From NCBI GenBank assembly GCA_965112635.1, contig OZ218778.1, forward strand, positions 1,088,001 to 1,152,000: a stretch of 64,000 nucleotides of DNA, in the 5' to 3' direction. Below, one piece after another: positions 8,757-18,337 of this stretch (position 1 is its first letter; the number at the start of each line of letters is the position of its first letter). The notes below the pieces were generated by a model, which saw only the letters and a program-made list of their open reading frames with translations, was not told where the DNA came from and did no database searches. The position numbers and the translations under genes are program-made. The stretch comes from an uncultured bacterium. GTDB lineage: Bacteria > Oederibacteriota > Oederibacteriia > Oederibacteriales > Oederibacteriaceae.

Positions 8757-9893
8757 TTATCCTCTAAAACTAAAAATGGCCGCTACTACCCGCTGCAGAT
8801 CTTCCTCGGCGATATTGTTATAAAAAGGAAGGCGGAGCAAACAATCGCTTATCCTCTCAGCGACAGGGCAGTCTCCCTGTTTGCCTCCGAATTTTCTGCC
8901 CATTTCGGAAAGGTGGAGCGGCTGATAGTGGAAAACTGCGAGAACGCCTTGGCTTTTTAAATGCGAGAGCAAAGCCTGCCGTTGTTCTAGGTTGGGAAGG
9001 ACGAGATAGAACATGTGGTAGGATTGCTCGCAGTGAGGAGGGACCCGGGGGAGTTGGACCCCATGGCTTGAGGCCCAATCTTTGAGGTTCTCGAAATAAA
9101 ACCCCCATATTCTTTTGCGCTTGGCCAGGATCTTTTCTTTTTCTTCAAACTGGGCGAATAAAAAGGCCGCCAAAATGTCAGAGGGCAAATAGCTGGAACC
9201 GACATCCACCCAGGTATACTTGTCCACCTGACCCCTGAAAAACCGGCTCCGGTCAGTGCCTTTTTCGCGGATGATCTCGGCTCTGGCGAGGAACTTCGCA
9301 TCGTTGATCAGGAGAGCTCCGCCCTCTCCGCAGGTGAAATTTTTGGTTTCGTGGAAACTTTGAGTGGCCAGGGAACCAAAAGTGCCCAAAAACCTGTTTT
9401 TGTACTTGCCGAACAAACCATGGGCGTTATCTTCAATGACCGTAACCCCTTTTTTCCCCGCCAGGGAGAGGATCGGGTCCATTTCGCAGCCCACGCCGGC
9501 ATAATGGACCACCACTACCGCCTTAGTCCTGGGAGTGAGGAGATCGGCTAGCTTGTTCTCGTCCAGGTTCATGGTTTTGGGGGATATGTCGATAAAAATA
9601 GGCTGGGCCCCATGAAGCACGAAAGCGTTGACCGTTGAAACAAAGGTGAAAGAAGGGATGATGACCTCCTCCCCTGGTTTAAAGTCCAGCAATAAAGCGG
9701 CCATTTCCAGGGCATGGGTGCAGGAAGTCGTTAACAAGGCGTGTTGGGTGCCCAGGTTTTTTTCGAGGAATTGCTGGCATTTTCTTGTGAATGGGCCGTC
9801 TCCAGATATGTGCCCGTCCTGGATAGATTGTTGGAGATAACGGATCTCGTTACCCTGCAGGTCAGCGCGGTTGAATGGTATTAAATAGTTCAC
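8757..9893 (-). CDS. rffA: dTDP-4-amino-4,6-dideoxygalactose transaminase (WecE/RffA-like)
   Basis: TTSCTHALE, VHYAGVGCEMD, SFHETKN, EKGTDRSRFFRGQVDKYTWVDVGSSYLPS are characteristic of WecE. Confidence 0.9.
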   Translation of the reverse strand: MNYLIPFNRADLQGNEIRYLQQSIQDGHISGDGPFTRKCQQFLEKNLGTQHALLTTSCTHALEMAALLLDFKPGEEVIIPSFTFVSTVNAFVLHGAQPIFIDISPKTMNLDENKLADLLTPRTKAVVVVHYAGVGCEMDPILSLAGKKGVTVIEDNAHGLFGKYKNRFLGTFGSLATQSFHETKNFTCGEGGALLINDAKFLARAEIIREKGTDRSRFFRGQVDKYTWVDVGSSYLPSDILAAFLFAQFEEKEKILAKRKRIWGFYFENLKDWASSHGVQLPRVPPHCEQSYHMFYLVLPNLEQRQALLSHLKSQGVLAVFHYQPLHLSEMGRKFGGKQGDCPVAERISDCLLRLPFYNNIAEEDLQRVVAAIFSFRG

Positions 9894-9914
9894 AGAGAAC
9901 TCCCGGGAGACATA

Positions 9915-10850
9915 TCATATTTTTTCGCGGATCGTATAAGGGGGCCGGTCCATGGAGCGGAAGTGGATGCGGGCGAGATACTCGCCGATAATGCCGAGGG
10001 CGAACAATTGGACCCCCGAAAAAAGAGCTATGGAAGAAGCCAGAAAGGAGAACCCTGAAACAGGGCTGCCTTGGATGAGGTATCTCCCGACCACATAAAG
10101 AAGGAGAACGATGCCAAATAGAGTAAAAATAAAACCCATCATGCTGGCGATTTGCAGGGGGATGATGGTGAATCCCGTTACCATATTCAGGGAATGGACC
10201 ACCAGCTTTTTGAAGGTATAGTTGGTGGTCCCTCTTAGTCTTTTGTGATGGGCGACCGGAACTGCCGCGAAACGGGTCGTTCCCCAGGTCAAAAGAACAT
10301 CTATGGATACTAGGGGGCTCTGGTAATTGGCGAAAGCGTCCCTGATGGCCGTGCGGAAGGCCCTGAACGCGGACACCTGGCGGGCCACTTTCACACCCAT
10401 GGTGGTTTTTAAGGCCAGCTTGGTCACTTGAGAAGCCAAGTCACGCCATAAGCCGTGCTGCTCTTTCTCTGGGGTGCCATAGACAACATCATAACCTTCA
10501 TTGAGCTTTTGCAACAGGGTGGGGATTTCCTGAGGGGGATTCTGCAGGTCGTCATCCATCGTCACGATAATGTCATAACGGGCTGCCCTTATGCCACATA
10601 GAAGCGCATTATGCTGGCCGTAGTTCCGCATGAGACAACTGCCTCGGACGCCAGGGTATTGATCAGCCAGACTTTGGATAACTTTCCAGCTTTCATCGTG
10701 ACTGGCATCATTAACGAAGATCAGTTCGTACTTGCTTGATATTTTCGGCAGGATCTTAACAAGTTCAGCCGTCAGTTCAGCCAGGTTCAATGCAGCATTG
10801 TAAACGGGAATGACGACAGAAAGCGAGTTTTTGGTTTTAACTTTTCCCAT
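9915..10850 (-). CDS. GT2 polyprenyl-phosphate glycosyltransferase (ArnC/GtrB-like)
   Basis: SVVIPVYN, VNDAS, RNYGQHNA, MDDDLQNPP, two C-terminal TM helices with GIIGEYLARI. ATG 10850 has a GGGGAG RBS. Confidence 0.9.
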   Translation of the reverse strand: MGKVKTKNSLSVVIPVYNAALNLAELTAELVKILPKISSKYELIFVNDASHDESWKVIQSLADQYPGVRGSCLMRNYGQHNALLCGIRAARYDIIVTMDDDLQNPPQEIPTLLQKLNEGYDVVYGTPEKEQHGLWRDLASQVTKLALKTTMGVKVARQVSAFRAFRTAIRDAFANYQSPLVSIDVLLTWGTTRFAAVPVAHHKRLRGTTNYTFKKLVVHSLNMVTGFTIIPLQIASMMGFIFTLFGIVLLLYVVGRYLIQGSPVSGFSFLASSIALFSGVQLFALGIIGEYLARIHFRSMDRPPYTIREKI

Positions 10851-10987
10851 CTTCTCCCCTTTTTCTCCCAAAACATTCTTATAATGATATAACTGTCCGT
10901 TGAATGCAAGCCATATAGTGTTATTGCTCTAGATTCTTGCATTTTTGACGGGTGGCATGAGAAGGTTCAAGTCGGCATTTCGTTTCC

Positions 10988-11016
10988 TTGACATAAGCAT
11001 TTTTCCAAACTATTCT
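10988..11016 (+). promoter_or_regulatory. Putative sigma70 promoter for the 11059+ operon
   Basis: TTGACA (10988-10993), 17 nt spacer, TATTCT (11011-11016), 42 nt upstream of ATG 11059. Confidence 0.55.
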
Positions 11017-11058
11017 CTAGGTTAATTGCCAATATTTAAAGACATCAGGAGGGTCACG

Positions 11059-12030
11059 ATGGAGTATACCAATCTGGGACGTACGGCTTTAAAGGTCAGC
11101 CGGTTTTGCCTGGGGACCATGAACTTCGGGCCTTTGGCCACCGAGGACGACAGCCATAAAATCATGGACCGGGCCTTGGAGCTGGGGATCAATTTTTTTG
11201 ACACGGCGGATGTTTACGGCTGGAAAAAGGGCGAGGGAGTGACAGAGCAGATCATCGGCAGGTGGTTCGGGCAGGGCGGGGGGAGAAGGGAAAAAGCCGT
11301 GCTGGCCACAAAGGTTTTCGGGGATATGGGCGACTGGCCCAACCAGTCCCGTTTGTCGGCCCTGCATATCATCAAGGCTTGCGAAGACAGCCTAAAACGC
11401 CTGCAAACAGACCATATCGACCTGTACCAAATGCACCATATCCATCCGGAGGCTCCCTGGGAAGAGATCTGGCAGGCCATGGAACAGTTGGTGAGGAGCG
11501 GCAAGGTCATTTATGTCGGGAGCAGCAATTTTGCCGCCTGGAACATCGCCCAGGCTAATGAAGCGGCCAAGAACAGGCATTTCTTGGGGCTGGTTTCCGA
11601 GCAAAGCCTGTATAACCTGAACGCCCGAACTATCGAATTGGAGGTAATCCCTGCCTGCCGTACTTATGGGCTGGGGTTGATATGCTGGAGCCCTTTGGCC
11701 GGCGGACTTTTGGGCGGGGTTCTGCGCAAAAACGCAAAGGGGAGAAGGACCCAGGAAAGGATGAAAGAAAATTTAAAAAAGAACCTGCCGAAAATAAAGG
11801 CCTATGAAAACCTTTGCGCCAAGCTGGGGGAAGAACCGGCCTTGGTAGGACTGGCCTGGCTTCTGGCCCAGCCGGCCGTGACCGCTCCGATCGTCGGCCC
11901 CCGCACCCAGGAACAACTGGAAGAAGCCGTACTGGCCTTAAAAGTAAAGCTGTCCAAAAAGACATTGGAGAAACTGGACCAGATCTTTCCTGGACCCGGG
12001 GGGGCAGCTCCCTGGGCCTATGCCTGGTGA
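11059..12030 (+). CDS. Aldo/keto reductase (EryBII/TylCII-like subfamily)
   Basis: LGTMNFG, FDTADVYG, LATK, DHIDLYQMHH, WSPLAGG, C-terminal APWAYAW. AGGAGG RBS before ATG 11059. Confidence 0.88.
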   Translation: MEYTNLGRTALKVSRFCLGTMNFGPLATEDDSHKIMDRALELGINFFDTADVYGWKKGEGVTEQIIGRWFGQGGGRREKAVLATKVFGDMGDWPNQSRLSALHIIKACEDSLKRLQTDHIDLYQMHHIHPEAPWEEIWQAMEQLVRSGKVIYVGSSNFAAWNIAQANEAAKNRHFLGLVSEQSLYNLNARTIELEVIPACRTYGLGLICWSPLAGGLLGGVLRKNAKGRRTQERMKENLKKNLPKIKAYENLCAKLGEEPALVGLAWLLAQPAVTAPIVGPRTQEQLEEAVLALKVKLSKKTLEKLDQIFPGPGGAAPWAYAW

Positions 12031-12048
12031 ACATGAAAGGACGATCCC

Positions 12049-13437
12049 TTGCCCATTGAACCGCGGGAGCCGTTGTTCGAGCTGGCCAAGCCGCCGGTGA
12101 CCTTCACCAAAGGCGTGAAGTTCCCCAAGCCCGAAAAGATCATGATCTATGACGACACCCTCCGCGACGGGGAACAAATGCCCGGGGTGGCGTTCAGCCC
12201 GGAACAAAAGGTGGAGCTGGCCAAACTTTTGAGCGATATAGGCGTGGACGTGATGGACGTGGCTTTCCCCGCTTCCTCGGCCTCGGACTGCAAGGCCATC
12301 CAGCTCATCGTGAAGGCGCAGAAAAGGGGCGACATCCGGCCGGAGGTGGAGATCCTGGCCATGTGCCGGGGGGTCATGGAAGATATCGACAAGGTCGTGA
12401 ACACGGTCCAGGAGATCGGCGCCAAACCCGATGATGTCAGCGTGCTGATCCTGTCCACCTTCTCAGACCTGCATCTCAAGTACAAACTGGGCAAGGCACT
12501 CCTCAAAAGGGAAGGCCGTTCTCTGGACGAATGGCTGGACCTGCCGGTGGAGTTCTACCGCGACGCCAACATCAAGCTCATCACCGAAGCGATCGGTTAC
12601 GCCAGGCAAAAAGGGATCTCCAGGGTGGAATTCGCCTCGGAGGACGCTTCCCGGGGAGACGTGAACTACGCGGTAGCCTGGGCCAAAGCCTGCGTCAAAG
12701 CCGGGGGGACGCGGATGTGCTTTTCCGATACCTGCGGGGTCTTCACGCCGGAGGCCGTGGACCATTACATCCCGCCGCTCGTCAAGGCCCTGGGCGGGGT
12801 GCCGCTCACGGCCCACTTCCACAATGATTTCGGCATGGGCGCCTACAACACGGTCAGAGCCCTGAGCCGGGGAGCGACCTTTGCCAGCGTCACGGCCAAC
12901 GGCATCGGCGAGAGGGCCGGCAACGCGCCCCTGCATACGGTCGTGATGATACTCAAAAACCTCTACGGGGTTACTCTTCCCCGGTTCAAATACGAAAAAC
13001 TGACGGAGCTGCGCAAGGCCATAGAAAACGCCTCGGGTATACCCATGCAGCTCCACGAGCCCATCATCGGGGAGAACGTGTTTTCGCACGAGTCGGGCAT
13101 CCATACCGCGGCCATCGTCATCCATCCCTATATCTACCAGTTCATCCACGAGAAAGAGGTGGGAGGAAAGCAGAGGTTCGTGTTCGGGAAACACAGCGGC
13201 GCCGCCGCTGTCGAGGCGGTCATCAATAAATACAAGCAGGTCCTCGATAAAAACAACATAGCCGTAAGCCCGGAGCTCGTGGAGCAGGCCCTGGAGATGG
13301 TCAAGAAAAAAAGGGAAGAAATGATCCGGGACGGGAATACCGCGGAATTCATCAAAAAGTATTATGAAAACTGCAATAACTTGGGCATTTCCGAGGAAAA
13401 GCTCATCGAATATTTAATATCTAAAAAGAAGAAATGA
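12049..13437 (+). CDS. DRE-TIM acetyl-CoA condensing enzyme (homocitrate/isopropylmalate/citramalate synthase family) lacking the LeuA regulatory domain
   Basis: DDTLRDGEQMPG, HFHNDFG, NGIGERAGNA, FSHESGIH, GKHSG. Confidence 0.85.
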   Translation: MPIEPREPLFELAKPPVTFTKGVKFPKPEKIMIYDDTLRDGEQMPGVAFSPEQKVELAKLLSDIGVDVMDVAFPASSASDCKAIQLIVKAQKRGDIRPEVEILAMCRGVMEDIDKVVNTVQEIGAKPDDVSVLILSTFSDLHLKYKLGKALLKREGRSLDEWLDLPVEFYRDANIKLITEAIGYARQKGISRVEFASEDASRGDVNYAVAWAKACVKAGGTRMCFSDTCGVFTPEAVDHYIPPLVKALGGVPLTAHFHNDFGMGAYNTVRALSRGATFASVTANGIGERAGNAPLHTVVMILKNLYGVTLPRFKYEKLTELRKAIENASGIPMQLHEPIIGENVFSHESGIHTAAIVIHPYIYQFIHEKEVGGKQRFVFGKHSGAAAVEAVINKYKQVLDKNNIAVSPELVEQALEMVKKKREEMIRDGNTAEFIKKYYENCNNLGISEEKLIEYLISKKKK

Positions 13438-13462
13438 TTTAAAATATTGGGCGGAGGAAAGC

Positions 13463-14455
13463 GTGAAAAAACAAGAAGGCCTGATCTCTGTGGTGGTGCC
13501 TGTTTATAATGAAGAGGGGAATATCGTTCCTTTTCTGGAACGGACCGAAAAGACCCTGGAAAAAACAGGCCACAACTATGAGATCATCTTTTGCCTGGAC
13601 CCTTCTCCTGACCACACCGAAGAAATTATCTGCCAGGCCATAGAAAAGGACCCCCAAGTGCGCCTGCTGGTGTTCAGCCGGAGATTTGGACAACCGGCCG
13701 CCACCTTGGCCGGCATTCATAACGCCAAGGGCGAAGCCGTGGTGGTAATCGATGTGGACCTGCAGGACCCTCCGGAGCTTATAGGGGAAATGGTCCAAAA
13801 ATGGGAAGAAGGCTATGATGTCGTTTATGCTAAGCGCAGGTCCAGAAAAGGCGAGACCTTCATCAAGGAAGCCGTGTCCCATGCCGGCTACAAATTGATC
13901 AGCGCCATCTCCGATGTCAATATCCCCAGAGATACCGGAGATTTTAGGCTGATCAACCGGCGGGTGGTAGACACTCTCAAGAGCCTCAAAGAAAGCCATG
14001 GTTTTTTGCGGGGCCTGGTGGCTTTCGTGGGTTTCAGGCAGACCGCCGTGGAGTATGACCGGGAGGAACGTGCTTCCGGCAGGGGTAAATATAACCGCTA
14101 TCTAGGTTCCCTCAAGATCGGCCTCAATGGGATCGTGAGTTTTTCCAGCCGTCCGTTACAGTGGGTATCCTTGCTGGGGGTCATGGTCGCCTGCTGCGGA
14201 TTTTTGCTGGCCTTGTGGTATATCATCCAAAAATGGATGATCCATTATGAGCTTACCCCGGGTTTGTCCACGACCGTGGTGGTGGTGACTTTTTTCTCCG
14301 GGGTTCAACTATTCTCGCTTGGGCTGATCGGTGAATATATCGGGCGCATATACGATGAGGTCAAACAGAGGCCACTCTATATCGTGGACCGGGAAATAGC
14401 ACATTCCAAAAAAAATGACGCGGTCAGTTCGATGAATAAGAGACCGGTGGCATGA
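13463..14455 (+). CDS. GT2 polyprenyl-phosphate glycosyltransferase (GtrB/YkoT-like)
   Basis: SVVVPVYNEE, FSRRFGQ, IDVDLQDPP, TGDFRL, two TMs with GLIGEYIGRIY. Confidence 0.9.
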   Translation: MKKQEGLISVVVPVYNEEGNIVPFLERTEKTLEKTGHNYEIIFCLDPSPDHTEEIICQAIEKDPQVRLLVFSRRFGQPAATLAGIHNAKGEAVVVIDVDLQDPPELIGEMVQKWEEGYDVVYAKRRSRKGETFIKEAVSHAGYKLISAISDVNIPRDTGDFRLINRRVVDTLKSLKESHGFLRGLVAFVGFRQTAVEYDREERASGRGKYNRYLGSLKIGLNGIVSFSSRPLQWVSLLGVMVACCGFLLALWYIIQKWMIHYELTPGLSTTVVVVTFFSGVQLFSLGLIGEYIGRIYDEVKQRPLYIVDREIAHSKKNDAVSSMNKRPVA

Positions 14456-15171
14456 GCAAGTGGCCTAAAAAACTGCCGACCCTGAACAAAGTCCAAAAAT
14501 CCATTGAAAATGATTTTGTAAAGAACTGGCACATGGAATTGGCCGGCAATACCAGGTACCGCTATATTGAAAAATTCAACCATTCCTATATTTTGAAACA
14601 CTGTCGCCAAGGGGGCAGGGTCCTGGAGATCGGGGCGGGCCTGGGGGAACATCTTTATTACGAGGACCTGACCAAAATTACAGAATATACCGCCCTGGAG
14701 TTAAGGCCGGCCATGGCCAGGATCATTAAAAAAAGGTTCCCGTTGGTCAAAGTGATCCTGGGAGATTGTCAGAAGAGATTCAAGGTCAGGGATGGTTATT
14801 TTGACCGTGTCGTGGCCGTCCATGTGCTGGAACATCTGCCCAATCTGCCAGCTACCCTGAAAGAGGTGCACAGAGTCCTCAAGCCAGGCGGAGAATTTTG
14901 TGTGGTCATTCCCTGTGAGGGAGGTTGGGCTTACGACATGGCGAGACGGCTGAGCGCCAAGAAACTTTTTAAACAGAAGTACGGAATGGATTATGAGTGG
15001 TTCACCAAAAGGCAGCATGTCAATTTACCCTGGGAGATCGACGAAGAGCTGGAACAATATTTTACTGTCAACAAAAGAGAATTTTTCCCTTTGAAAATTC
15101 CGATCGTGAGCTGGAATTTGGTCATCAGCATGATCTTAAAACCATTGCCGCGCAATCTGGTTAAAATTTAA
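14452..15171 (+). CDS. Class I SAM-dependent methyltransferase (paralog of 44973-45698)
   Basis: LEIGAGLG, VHVLEHLPNLPA, VIPCEGG. Confidence 0.85.
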   Translation: MSKWPKKLPTLNKVQKSIENDFVKNWHMELAGNTRYRYIEKFNHSYILKHCRQGGRVLEIGAGLGEHLYYEDLTKITEYTALELRPAMARIIKKRFPLVKVILGDCQKRFKVRDGYFDRVVAVHVLEHLPNLPATLKEVHRVLKPGGEFCVVIPCEGGWAYDMARRLSAKKLFKQKYGMDYEWFTKRQHVNLPWEIDEELEQYFTVNKREFFPLKIPIVSWNLVISMILKPLPRNLVKI

Positions 15172-15186
15172 AGGAGCGAGGGCGGG

Positions 15187-16149
15187 ATGCAGATAAAAAA
15201 AGCTTTTGTGACCGGGGCAGCGGGATTTATCGGGAGCAATCTCGTCGATCGTCTGCTGGGAAAAGGGATCCAGGTGACGGGGTTCGATAACTTTTCCACG
15301 GGTTTCCACGAATTCATTGAAAACGCCAAAAAATCCCCCCATTTTAAAATGATCAAAGGCGATGTGCTGGACACCCCTGCCTTGACCAAAGCCATGGCCA
15401 GCTGTGATTTTGTCTTTCATTTTGCAGCCAATGCGGACGTGCGTTTTGGGACAGAGAAGCCCCGCAAGGACTTAGAGCAAAATACCGTGGCTACTTTCAA
15501 TGTCCTGGAGGCGATGAGTAGATGCGGGATCAAAAGGATAGCTTTTACTTCCACGGGTTCCATCTATGGCGAAGCCAACATCCATCCCACGCCTGAAAAC
15601 GCACCGTTCCCGGTGCAGACCTCCCTCTACGGGGCTTCTAAACTGGCCGGGGAAGGCCTGCTGGAAGCTTTTAGCGAAGGGTTCGGCATGCAGGTGTATA
15701 TATTCCGGTTCGTTTCCATTCTGGGAGAACGCTACACCCACGGCCATGTATTTGATTTTTATAAAAGTCTTCTGGCTAATCCCCACACTTTACGGGTTCT
15801 GGGCAACGGCAAACAGCGCAAATCCTATCTCTATGTCCAGGATTGCGTGGAAGCGGTGCTGCTGGCCATCGCCAAGACCAAACAGAAAGTGAATATTTTC
15901 AACCTGGGCACCAATGAATACATCGAAGTGGACCAGTCCGTGGGCTGGATCAGTGATTACCTGGGCGTGAAACCCAAGATCGTGCACGGCGGAGGGGACA
16001 GAGGCTGGGTGGGTGATAATCCTTTTATCTTTTTGGATACGGAGAAGATCCAATCCCTGGGTTGGAAGCCCAAGCTGACCATTAAGCAAGGGATATTGAA
16101 TACTTTGGATTATTTCAAACAAAATCCATGGTTGCTGGAGCGCCGATGA
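15187..16149 (+). CDS. NAD-dependent nucleotide-sugar epimerase/dehydratase
   Basis: TGAAGFIGS, YGASK catalytic motif, HGHVFDF. Confidence 0.9.
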   Translation: MQIKKAFVTGAAGFIGSNLVDRLLGKGIQVTGFDNFSTGFHEFIENAKKSPHFKMIKGDVLDTPALTKAMASCDFVFHFAANADVRFGTEKPRKDLEQNTVATFNVLEAMSRCGIKRIAFTSTGSIYGEANIHPTPENAPFPVQTSLYGASKLAGEGLLEAFSEGFGMQVYIFRFVSILGERYTHGHVFDFYKSLLANPHTLRVLGNGKQRKSYLYVQDCVEAVLLAIAKTKQKVNIFNLGTNEYIEVDQSVGWISDYLGVKPKIVHGGGDRGWVGDNPFIFLDTEKIQSLGWKPKLTIKQGILNTLDYFKQNPWLLERR

Positions 16150-17462
16150 AAGTCGCTGTCTTCGGGTTGTGGCATCTGGGATCGGTGACGGCCGCCTGCC
16201 TGGGTCAGGCAGGACACACGGTCACGGGTATAGAACCGGACAAAGACAAGGTGGCCGGTTTCAGACAGGGGAAGGCCCCCTTGTTTGAACCAGGCTTGGA
16301 TGAGCTGCTCAAAAAAGGAATAGATGGCGGCCGGCTGTCCTTTACTTCTAGCCTTGAAGAGGGACTGAAAGAGGCGCAAGTTCTATGGGTGACCTTTGAT
16401 ACGCCGGTGGACGACAAGGACCGCGCGGACACGGAGTTTGTATCCAAAAAGATCCAGGAGTGTTTTCCCTATCTCAGCTCTGGCATGACGGTTCTGATCT
16501 CATCCCAGATGCCGGTGGGTAGTACCGGGAAATTGCAGGACCTGTTCAATGCTCAATACACGGACAGAAAAGTGCGTTTCTGCTATTCGCCGGAAAATCT
16601 GAGGCTAGGTAAGGCCATTGAGGTCTTTACCCGGCCTGACCGGGTCGTGGTGGGGGCGCCTGACACGGAGTCAAGGAAGGCCATCCAGCAACTGCTTTCT
16701 CCGGTCACGGACCGGATCGAGTGGATGTCGGTAGCCTCCGCCGAGATGACGAAGCACGCTATTAACACATTTTTGGCGACCTCCGTAGTGTTCATCAATG
16801 AACTGGCCACCCTGTGCGAAAAGACGGGAGCTGATGCCAAGGAAGTGGAAAGGGGTCTTAAAACCGAGCAAAGGATCGGCCCTAAGGCCTATGTTTCGGC
16901 CGGCGGGGCTTTTGCTGGTGGGACCCTGGCCAGGGACGTGGTTTTTTTAAAGGAACTGAGCGAACAACAAGGCAGAAGCAATTCCCTTTTTGGGGCGGTG
17001 CTGCAGAGCAATGAATCCCATAAGCTGTGGTCCAGAAACAAACTGGCCGGAGTAATGGGAACACTCCAAGGAAAGAGCGTTGGGGTTCTGGGATTAGCCT
17101 ACAAGACCGGGACCAGTACCCTGCGGCGTTCCAGTGCCGTGGAGCTTTGCCGCTGGCTCAAGGAACAGGGAGCTAAAGTGAGCGCTTTTGACCCGGTCAT
17201 CAAGTCGCTACCCGCTGAACTCAGCCCGGTAATCCAGTTGAGTCCAGGGGTGGAAAAACTTTTTTTGGATAACGATGCCGTGGTGGTGGCCAATGAATGG
17301 CCGGAATTAAAGGCCCTGTCCCTGAAGGACCTTTTGGGTAAAGATAAGCGGTCCGTTATCATCGATCCCAATGGATTTTTTGCAGGTCAGCCGTTGCCCC
17401 AAGGAGTAAAGTATTGCAGGGTAGGGGCGTCGGAACAGCACCTGAAAGACCAGAAAGGATAA
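16146..17462 (+). CDS. UDP-glucose/GDP-mannose dehydrogenase-like protein lacking the catalytic Cys
   Basis: GLWHLG, FDTP, SPENLRLG, AEMTKHAINTFLA, GLAYK. AFAGGTLARD replaces GFGGSC(L/F)PKD. ATG 16146 overlaps the upstream stop. Confidence 0.85.
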   Translation: MKVAVFGLWHLGSVTAACLGQAGHTVTGIEPDKDKVAGFRQGKAPLFEPGLDELLKKGIDGGRLSFTSSLEEGLKEAQVLWVTFDTPVDDKDRADTEFVSKKIQECFPYLSSGMTVLISSQMPVGSTGKLQDLFNAQYTDRKVRFCYSPENLRLGKAIEVFTRPDRVVVGAPDTESRKAIQQLLSPVTDRIEWMSVASAEMTKHAINTFLATSVVFINELATLCEKTGADAKEVERGLKTEQRIGPKAYVSAGGAFAGGTLARDVVFLKELSEQQGRSNSLFGAVLQSNESHKLWSRNKLAGVMGTLQGKSVGVLGLAYKTGTSTLRRSSAVELCRWLKEQGAKVSAFDPVIKSLPAELSPVIQLSPGVEKLFLDNDAVVVANEWPELKALSLKDLLGKDKRSVIIDPNGFFAGQPLPQGVKYCRVGASEQHLKDQKG

Positions 17463-17466
17463 AACT

Positions 17467-18336
17467 TTGAAATTAAAAGGTAAAAAAGCGCTGATCACGG
17501 GTGCCAACCAGGGCCTGGGTCTGGCTATTGCCGAGGCTTTTGTGGACGAAGGGGCTGATATTTTTATCGGGGCCAGGAATCAGATCCTTCTGGAGCAGAA
17601 GGCCCTGCGGCTTAGGGAAAAAGCCGTTCCCGGCCAGCAGATCAATACTTTCAAGCTCGATGTGGCAGACCGGGTGTCTGTGGATGCTTTTATGAGCAGA
17701 GTCAACCAAGCTTGGGGGGCCTTGGATATTCTGGTCAATAACGCCGGTGTCTATGGTCCTAAAGGGTTTATTGAAGAGGTGAACTGGAAAGAATGGGTAG
17801 AGGCCATCCAGATTAATCTGATGGGGACCGTGTATATGTGCCGGGTATGTCTACCGCTTCTAAGGAAATCTCCCCGGGGTAAGATCATCAATCTGTCCGG
17901 CGGCGGCGCCACTTCTCCCCAGCCGGGGATTTCAGCCTACGGGGCCAGCAAGGCCGGGGTGGTACGTTTTACCGAGACCCTGGCCGAAGAATTGAGAGAG
18001 AGCGGGGTGGACGTCAATATCGTCGCACCGGGAGCTTTGAACACCAGGCTTTTGGACGAAGTGCTGGAGGCTGGTCCGGAGAAAGTCGACAAAAAATTTT
18101 ATGAAAAGGCTGTGGAACAGAAAAAAAGGGGAGGCACGCCTCTTTCTAAAGGAGCCGACCTCTGTGTATATCTGGCTAGCGAAAAGAGCGATGGGATCAC
18201 GGGCAAGCTCATCAGTGCGGTGTGGGACCCCTGGGAAACCCTGCAGGAGCACAAGGGCGATCTGGACAAAAAGGACGTTTACACCCTGCGGAGGATCGTT
18301 CCCAAGGACAGGGGCTTAAAGTGGGGACTGGACTAA
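17467..18336 (+). CDS. Short-chain dehydrogenase/reductase
   Basis: TGANQGLG, NNAG, YGASK. Confidence 0.9.
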   Translation: MKLKGKKALITGANQGLGLAIAEAFVDEGADIFIGARNQILLEQKALRLREKAVPGQQINTFKLDVADRVSVDAFMSRVNQAWGALDILVNNAGVYGPKGFIEEVNWKEWVEAIQINLMGTVYMCRVCLPLLRKSPRGKIINLSGGGATSPQPGISAYGASKAGVVRFTETLAEELRESGVDVNIVAPGALNTRLLDEVLEAGPEKVDKKFYEKAVEQKKRGGTPLSKGADLCVYLASEKSDGITGKLISAVWDPWETLQEHKGDLDKKDVYTLRRIVPKDRGLKWGLD

Positions 18337-18337
18337 A

